64,000 bases of DNA. It comes from a bacterium (lineage in GTDB: Bacteria > Fidelibacterota > Fidelibacteria > Fidelibacterales > Fidelibacteraceae). The notes below the pieces were generated by a model. It made no database searches and was not told the origin of the DNA. It saw only the letters and a list, made by a program, of their open reading frames with translations. The stretch spans positions 960,001 to 1,024,000 of the forward strand of contig OY781066.1 of the NCBI GenBank assembly GCA_963676395.1, in the 5' to 3' direction. Shown piece by piece: positions 58,351 to 64,000 of this stretch; positions within the stretch are counted from its first letter, which is position 1, and each line of letters starts with the position of its first letter. The translations under genes were made by a program, and so were the position numbers.

Positions 58351-58929
58351 CTAATACGAATTGTATTTATCTTCCCAGCGAATGATTCGCCATTTGCCGT
58401 CATTTCCTTTTCGAAAACGAAAATCCGCATTCCCGATCAAGGTTGTGTAATCTCCAAGTGTCAACTGATAACTTTTAGAAATATCGGCATAGTTTGCCAA
58501 TTCAAACAAGGAATCACGCTCAGATAAGATCTCATCTCCCTGCATTTCATAAAATGAGCTGTCCAAAGTCGTTTGCCAGATAAGATCGATATAATTAAAA
58601 GCCGACAAAAAACGGCCTGTCGTCTTTAATTCTACAGAGCGCATCCAAGAATCGTAGTGCCCGGTTCCCGAACCCTCACCCGGCTGATAATAAACAAAAA
58701 CAAATTCCGAATCAATGAGATTTGAATAGATAAGAGAATCACGATAAATATAAGCATACTTAAAGTTATGTAAGACATCTGCGGGTGTTGCCTGATCACT
58801 GCGATAAATAGAATTACCTCCATCAAGATTACCCAGTGCCGGGGCAAAGATATTATTGCAAGCGCTTATCGCCAAAAGTGATAAGACCAATAAAAAATAA
58901 ACCGCAAATGTAAATCGCTTTAAACACAT
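58351..58929 (-). CDS. Hypothetical lipoprotein
   Basis: ISACNNIFAP lipobox; NF.YAY...D...Y..L...F.F; W.I.RWED end; start placed at MCLKRF. Confidence 0.65.
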   Translation of the reverse strand: MCLKRFTFAVYFLLVLSLLAISACNNIFAPALGNLDGGNSIYRSDQATPADVLHNFKYAYIYRDSLIYSNLIDSEFVFVYYQPGEGSGTGHYDSWMRSVELKTTGRFLSAFNYIDLIWQTTLDSSFYEMQGDEILSERDSLFELANYADISKSYQLTLGDYTTLIGNADFRFRKGNDGKWRIIRWEDKYNSY

Positions 58930-59078
58930 ATGAGAATATACGAGGGAATTTAATACAGCACAAAGAAGAATTCCATATTCCATTATCATCTAAATATTGA
59001 GACAGCGTCTCAATTATATTCTTTTCATTGTCATAATTTTTTATTATATATTCTATTGAAATCAAAAGGAAGTAAATC

Positions 59079-59891
59079 ATGTTTAACGAAAATGTTCTAT
59101 TTGCACTTGGATTGACTCTTTTTGCCGGCTTATCTACAGGCATCGGTTCTCTTATGGCATTTATGTCAAAAAAATTCAATCCTAACTTTCTATCGGGTGC
59201 ACTTGGCTTTTCCGCGGGTGTCATGATCTATGTTTCCTTTGTGGAAATTCTTGCTAAGGCCAAAAATTCTCTTTCTATGTCACTGGGCGACAAACCGGGA
59301 TATATTTGGACAGTTATCGCTTTCTTTGCCGGTATTGCCTTAATCGCATTGATCGATAAACTGGTGCCGTCCTATGAAAACCCGCATGAAATCGGCAACA
59401 TGGAAGTCAGTAATTTAAATAAAGATAAAATGAACGATAAGCGCTTACTCCGTATGGGCTTATTCTCAGCACTTGCTATTGCAATCCACAACTTCCCGGA
59501 AGGTCTTGCAACATTCATGGGAGCTTTAAGCGATCCTACTCTCGGTATCAGTATTGCCGTTGCGATCGCTATCCACAATATCCCCGAAGGTGTCGCTGTT
59601 TCCGTACCTATATATTATGCAACAGGAAGTAGAAAAAAAGCCTTCTGGTTATCATTTCTCTCAGGACTTGCAGAACCTGTCGGTGCAATTGTGGGATATT
59701 TCATTCTACGCTCGGTATTCAATGACACAACCTTTGGCATTGTCTTTGCCGCTGTGGCAGGTATCATGGTTTATATTTCTCTCGATGAGCTCTTGCCCAC
59801 CGCTGAAGAATACGGTCGCCACCACATTGCCATTGGCGGTTTAGTCGGCGGTATGGCTGTGATGGCAATGAGTCTATTATTATTTGCGTAG
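59079..59891 (+). CDS. zupT: ZIP-family zinc transporter
   Basis: [41 protein letters not shown]. Confidence 0.93.
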   Translation: MFNENVLFALGLTLFAGLSTGIGSLMAFMSKKFNPNFLSGALGFSAGVMIYVSFVEILAKAKNSLSMSLGDKPGYIWTVIAFFAGIALIALIDKLVPSYENPHEIGNMEVSNLNKDKMNDKRLLRMGLFSALAIAIHNFPEGLATFMGALSDPTLGISIAVAIAIHNIPEGVAVSVPIYYATGSRKKAFWLSFLSGLAEPVGAIVGYFILRSVFNDTTFGIVFAAVAGIMVYISLDELLPTAEEYGRHHIAIGGLVGGMAVMAMSLLLFA

Positions 59892-60055
59892 AAAATCCTT
59901 TAATATTGATTAATTATTTTTTTCTCTTTACCTCTCGTGTTAATGACACTGAGATGTCATTGATTTTCCCCTAGCTTACCCTGTCGTTTTATATTTTAGC
60001 TATTCATCACTTTCTACCTTTGAGAAGCAGTTTAAGCTAATTATATTCATTCACT

Positions 60056-60538
60056 ATGATGAACATCATTATCTGGACAGCTTCAATTATTCTTTTAATC
60101 ATTTCACTAATCAAAAACCGTGAAAAAACTCTACGCGCTTTAAAGATCGCCTGGAAATCATTTTCTAATATTGTGTCGATCTTTGTCCTGGTATTAGCTT
60201 TGTACGCTCTTCTTATCACCTACATTTCACCGGAAAGCATTCAACAAGCCGTCGGCGTTGACTCTGGAATCATGGGGACTGTGATCGCTATTGGCTTAGG
60301 ATCTATTTCTGTCATGCCGGGTTTTGCGGCTTTCCCTCTATGTGCGGCACTCTATACACAAGGAATTCCATTTTACATCCTTGCCGCATTTTCTGTTTCA
60401 TTGATGAATGTTGGCGTGGTCACCTTCCCCATTGAAAAAAAATTCCTTGGGACAAGAGTGGCTCTTGTACGTAACCTGCTCGGACTTTTTGTTACCATTA
60501 TAACAGTCATCATCGTTAAACTGGTATTCGGAGAGTAA
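60056..60538 (+). CDS. Permease subunit (DUF318/ArsP-like)
   Basis: TM helices, PGFAAFP, E...LG...A..RN. Confidence 0.7.
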   Translation: MMNIIIWTASIILLIISLIKNREKTLRALKIAWKSFSNIVSIFVLVLALYALLITYISPESIQQAVGVDSGIMGTVIAIGLGSISVMPGFAAFPLCAALYTQGIPFYILAAFSVSLMNVGVVTFPIEKKFLGTRVALVRNLLGLFVTIITVIIVKLVFGE

Positions 60539-60539
60539 T

Positions 60540-61058
60540 ATGAAAAGATCAAAGCTTATAAATTTCATTCTCGCGGGCACCTTTTTGGTCTTTGTTGCTT
60601 TATCTTTTCTTCTTGAATATGATAAAGGCGTACAAAGCGGTAAGGAGTTTTTCAAAATCATCATTGAAATGTTGAAACTCTTACCGCCGGCCTTCATCTT
60701 GATTGGATTATTCGAGGTTTGGGTCAGCCGCGAGACGGTAATTACTCATCTTGGTGAAGAAGGTGGTTTTAAAGCCTACCTTTTGGCCCTACTGTTGGCC
60801 GGTATTACCATTGGTGGACTATATGTTGCCTTCCCGATCTCTCAATCATTGTATAAAAAAGGCGCCTCTCTTAAGGTGATCTTTGCTTATCTGGGTTTTG
60901 CGGGTGTTTTTCGTATTCCCATGAACGTCTTTGAGATCTCCTGTTTGGGACTTCCCTTTACGATGACCAGATTGATGGTTACCATACCTATGTTTCTGCT
61001 GATCGGTATTGTTATGGGACATGTGTTAAAGAAAAAAAGCTTTTCTATTAAAGAATGA
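60540..61058 (+). CDS. Permease subunit (DUF318/ArsP-like), partner of the upstream gene
   Basis: FILIGLFEVWV, GGLYVAFP...L.KKGA, FE...LG..F...R. Confidence 0.72.
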   Translation: MKRSKLINFILAGTFLVFVALSFLLEYDKGVQSGKEFFKIIIEMLKLLPPAFILIGLFEVWVSRETVITHLGEEGGFKAYLLALLLAGITIGGLYVAFPISQSLYKKGASLKVIFAYLGFAGVFRIPMNVFEISCLGLPFTMTRLMVTIPMFLLIGIVMGHVLKKKSFSIKE

Positions 61059-61174
61059 GTAATGACTGACCTTAATTACCACGTACTACATTCTGATTAC
61101 TATTTTCTTCTTTCCTTGAAACGTCCCTCTCGCTATATTATATTAATAAACACTGATAAAATAAGGAATATCTC

Positions 61175-61651
61175 ATGAAAGCATTACTCGTTGTTGATAT
61201 ACAAACACAATTTATTAAAGGTAGCCATGCTTACGAGGAAGAGCGTTTCATCAAAACGGTTAATCATACCATTGACACATTTCGCAAAGCGGGTAACCTG
61301 ATCGTTTTCGTACATCATCTGGATAAAAATACCGCTCCGGAAACGCCCGGTTGGGAGTATGATGAACGTATCCATATGAACGACACAGACCCTAAAGTCT
61401 GGAAACGAAAAGGCAATGCGTTTGAAGGTACCGATCTGCGCGAGATACTGGATAAACATGATATCAATGAATTGACCGTCTGCGGACTGGTAACGCAAAA
61501 CTGCATCCGCTCCACAGCTATCGGTTGCATAGAGGAAGGATACACCACCCGACTCGTAAAATATGGTACGACCAATTGGACTGATGACCCACAGAAAACG
61601 ATTGATGACGTGGAAAAAGAACTGAGAAAAATTGGAATTGAAATTTCTTAA
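61175..61651 (+). CDS. Isochorismatase-family cysteine hydrolase
   Basis: ALLVVDIQ, K...NAF.GT.L, GL.T.NCI.ST. Confidence 0.9.
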   Translation: MKALLVVDIQTQFIKGSHAYEEERFIKTVNHTIDTFRKAGNLIVFVHHLDKNTAPETPGWEYDERIHMNDTDPKVWKRKGNAFEGTDLREILDKHDINELTVCGLVTQNCIRSTAIGCIEEGYTTRLVKYGTTNWTDDPQKTIDDVEKELRKIGIEIS

Positions 61652-61956
61652 ACATTTAACAAAAGATATTTAATTCATACAGAATTATTCACGATATACC
61701 TGTGGAATACATCCTGTTGATACTTTAATTATATTTTAAAATACTTTTGCATTTTATACGGTAATCCACTACACTACATTGCATGTTAAAAACAACACAT
61801 AACACAGCGGTATAAAAGACGGGAGCGGTCGAAACCTTCGGCACGCATCTTGTCGCCCACTTCATTTAATCGATGGTGCACCATCGATATTATTGCATTA
61901 TATAAATAAAATATCAGGCTTATGCTAAAGCCGATGTATTGTAAAAGGAGAAACAA

Positions 61957-62514
61957 TTGAATTTTAACGATATTAAGATCATTAAAACCGACGACTCACA
62001 TTTTAACGATATCATGACAGTCGAAAAACGCGCTTTCGGATATGATAAAGAGGCCAATCTGACCGCTGCCTTGCTAAAAGATAAAACAGGTGAACCAACT
62101 ATTTCATTACTGGCTTATCACAAAGATAAGGCCGCGGGTCATATTCTTTTCACTCGCGGTTATGTTGATGAAATGACGACGGATCAACCCTTATTCCATT
62201 TTTTGGCACCCTTGGCGATCATTCCCGAATACCAGAAAATGGGACTTGGCGGACGTCTGATCAAAGAAGGCCATAAGCTTTTAAAAGAAATAGGTTCGCT
62301 TATGGTGTTCGTGCTGGGACATATTGATTATTATCCCAGACACGGCTATATCAATGATGCCGCACAGTTCGGATATTCACCCACCTACCCCATCCCCGAA
62401 AAGGTCAAGGATGCCTGGATGGTTCAATCATTGACAGGGGTAGAGTTTCCAATCAAAAAAGGACGGATCCTCTGCTGCGAGGAACTGAACCGGCCGGAGC
62501 ATTGGCGGGAGTAA
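61957..62514 (+). CDS. GNAT N-acetyltransferase
   Basis: GHILF, LAPLAI.PEYQ..GLG..LI, VLGH..YYPRHG; TTG start after AAGGAG. Confidence 0.88.
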   Translation: MNFNDIKIIKTDDSHFNDIMTVEKRAFGYDKEANLTAALLKDKTGEPTISLLAYHKDKAAGHILFTRGYVDEMTTDQPLFHFLAPLAIIPEYQKMGLGGRLIKEGHKLLKEIGSLMVFVLGHIDYYPRHGYINDAAQFGYSPTYPIPEKVKDAWMVQSLTGVEFPIKKGRILCCEELNRPEHWRE

Positions 62515-62518
62515 GCAC

Positions 62519-62923
62519 ATGAATAAAAACATCCCCTCTGAACCGGGATTCTCTCATGGCTTTACGTGCGCCTCATGTGGAAAGGAGATTTCTCCTTTGG
62601 CTTACGGTGGCCGGCATCGTAACCACTGTCCCCATTGCCTATGTTCTTTGCATATTGATCATAAACCCGGTGATAGAAAATCCTCTTGCCGGGGTATCAT
62701 GAAAGCCATCGGTATCCATGTCCAGCAGAACGGAGAATGGTCCATCATTCACAAATGTTCTCAATGCGGCACAGTGAAAGTGAACCGGATCGCATATGAT
62801 GACAACGAACTGTTGTTATTGACCATTGCGGCCGAGCCGCTGATGTCCCTGCCTTTTCCATCGAAGAATTTGATCGAAACACTGCAGAAATTGAGCATGG
62901 AAAAAGAAACGAATATACCGTAA
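62519..62923 (+). CDS. RNHCP domain protein
   Basis: F.C..CG, RNHCPHCL.SLH.D..PGDR...C.G.M, H.C..CG, NR...DD. Confidence 0.9.
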   Translation: MNKNIPSEPGFSHGFTCASCGKEISPLAYGGRHRNHCPHCLCSLHIDHKPGDRKSSCRGIMKAIGIHVQQNGEWSIIHKCSQCGTVKVNRIAYDDNELLLLTIAAEPLMSLPFPSKNLIETLQKLSMEKETNIP

Positions 62924-63024
62924 TGTGTTTAAGCTTCATTTAACGTGTCAATAGAATAAAAACAATTAATTTGGCAAATAACTGCTGTTTCCCTTAAATT
63001 GAATCATCATTTAAGGGAAACGGC

Positions 63025-63570
63025 ATGAGCTATTATTTTAAACAGTACAGTAAGATCTGCCTACTATTTGTTTTATTGGCAGGATATTTAGCAGCCCAAA
63101 ACGAAACAGCTGTCGATACGCTTGATAAAACGATGATCAGTGAAACAGAATTCATCGCCTTCTGGTCGGAATTCAAGGACTTTTGCCAGAGCAAAGACAC
63201 GTCGCTTGCCGGGCGTTTTATAGCACCGACCGTTATAAAAACATACTTGCCCTATGAGCAGGGGGCTGTGTATGAAACACACGCTCTCGACGAGATCGTA
63301 AAAGCCATGAAAAGGCAAGAAGGACCTGGTTGCGTGCTGCCCTCGTGGCAACCCGAAATGGACAGTATTCAGATCGGCCATCCTTTGCTACGATACCTTG
63401 ATCAACGAACTGCGCTTGAATGGGGCATTGGTCCATCCTATGAAGACCCTGAACATGTATACAATTATAGATACTTCATAGGCGGGCCCGTCAGCATATC
63501 TATATATTATTATTTCAAGAAGTTCGATGGACAGATCAAATTCTTCAAAAAACATCATGATGAATATTGA
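63025..63570 (+). CDS. Hypothetical secreted protein
   Basis: Signal peptide-like N-terminus; C-terminal YYFKK.DG..K. Confidence 0.6.
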   Translation: MSYYFKQYSKICLLFVLLAGYLAAQNETAVDTLDKTMISETEFIAFWSEFKDFCQSKDTSLAGRFIAPTVIKTYLPYEQGAVYETHALDEIVKAMKRQEGPGCVLPSWQPEMDSIQIGHPLLRYLDQRTALEWGIGPSYEDPEHVYNYRYFIGGPVSISIYYYFKKFDGQIKFFKKHHDEY

Positions 63571-63762
63571 ATATATTCCTTTTAATCATACTATATCCCG
63601 AAATATTATTCACTTGCAAATCATATATTGTTTCATTATTTTTTTCTAATAGAAATACAATAATGAAGTGACAGAGTGGAAATTTTATTTATTCTATAAC
63701 TTTGTTTTATAGGACTTAAATGAAGTTATTTGGATTGAGAAATATAAAACTGTGAGGTCAAT

Positions 63763-64000
63763 ATGAAAAATTATATTCCTTTGAGCGGTTCAATGTCTGG
63801 TTTCATAAATAATCAGAAAACGTATAAGAATATCTTTAAAATTGATAATCCTTCAGCTTTAACTGAAATCGACAACTTCACTCAACCCCAGCCCCAATCA
63901 CTACAAGAACTTACAAATGAAAAAACTGAAACCATTAAATTGTCTGTTGATGCAGCATTAAAACTTAATATACCCATCGGATCGACAGATAATAAGTTAT
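63763..64000 (+). CDS. Hypothetical protein (3' truncated by window edge)
   Basis: GAGG RBS then ATG; frame MKNYIPLSGSMSG... stays open to the window end. Confidence 0.5.
   Translation, partial: MKNYIPLSGSMSGFINNQKTYKNIFKIDNPSALTEIDNFTQPQPQSLQELTNEKTETIKLSVDAALKLNIPIGSTDNKL

Noticed and set aside
61793..61870. attC-like left arm (CATAACACAGCGGTATAAAA), i.e. an integron
   Set aside because: No matching right arm (TTATAC...GTTRRRY) follows, there is no integrase in the window, and other cargo genes lack complete attC sites. At most a remnant.
1..64000. tRNA, rRNA, IS elements, prophage, reverse transcriptase/DGR
   Set aside because: No cloverleaf, rRNA-like tract, transposase, phage structural gene or RT motif was recognised by eye. 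A tRNAscan/ISEScan run would be needed to be certain.

Overview
AT-rich bacterial chromosome segment. Two secreted proteins with a C-terminal NYPNPFN...K secretion-sorting domain suggest an FCB-group organism such as Marinimicrobia; this taxonomy is an inference. Bases 1-37.3 kb are mostly housekeeping: dtd, radC, mutY, umuDC, a probable 6S RNA, a DnaA-box cluster (likely oriC) plus dnaA, bcp, an M6 protease, gcvPB, a CAT-like acetyltransferase, a TetR/TolC/MFP/RND operon, dksA-like, and a type 2 ileS with non-canonical GVHH and DMHKS motifs. From about 37.4 to 53 kb is a co-oriented accessory/defence hotspot with no visible integrase. It carries Fic-HTH, an orphan ZorE-like HNH nuclease, a broken HEPN gene, lipoproteins and an ABC-three-component (Lamassu-type) operon. 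Its spacers are built from recurring promoter-bearing modules, heptamer arrays and REP-like palindromes. The best candidate for a new system is 48035-51368. The Lamassu-type CTD protein has no enzymatic effector domain and instead starts with KQLNINKNFGEI, matching KQININKNFGDI at the C-terminus of the small Bell-like protein just upstream. This suggests amyloid signalling wired to an SMC-like DNA sensor rather than to an NLR. All family calls come from motif recognition, not database searches.
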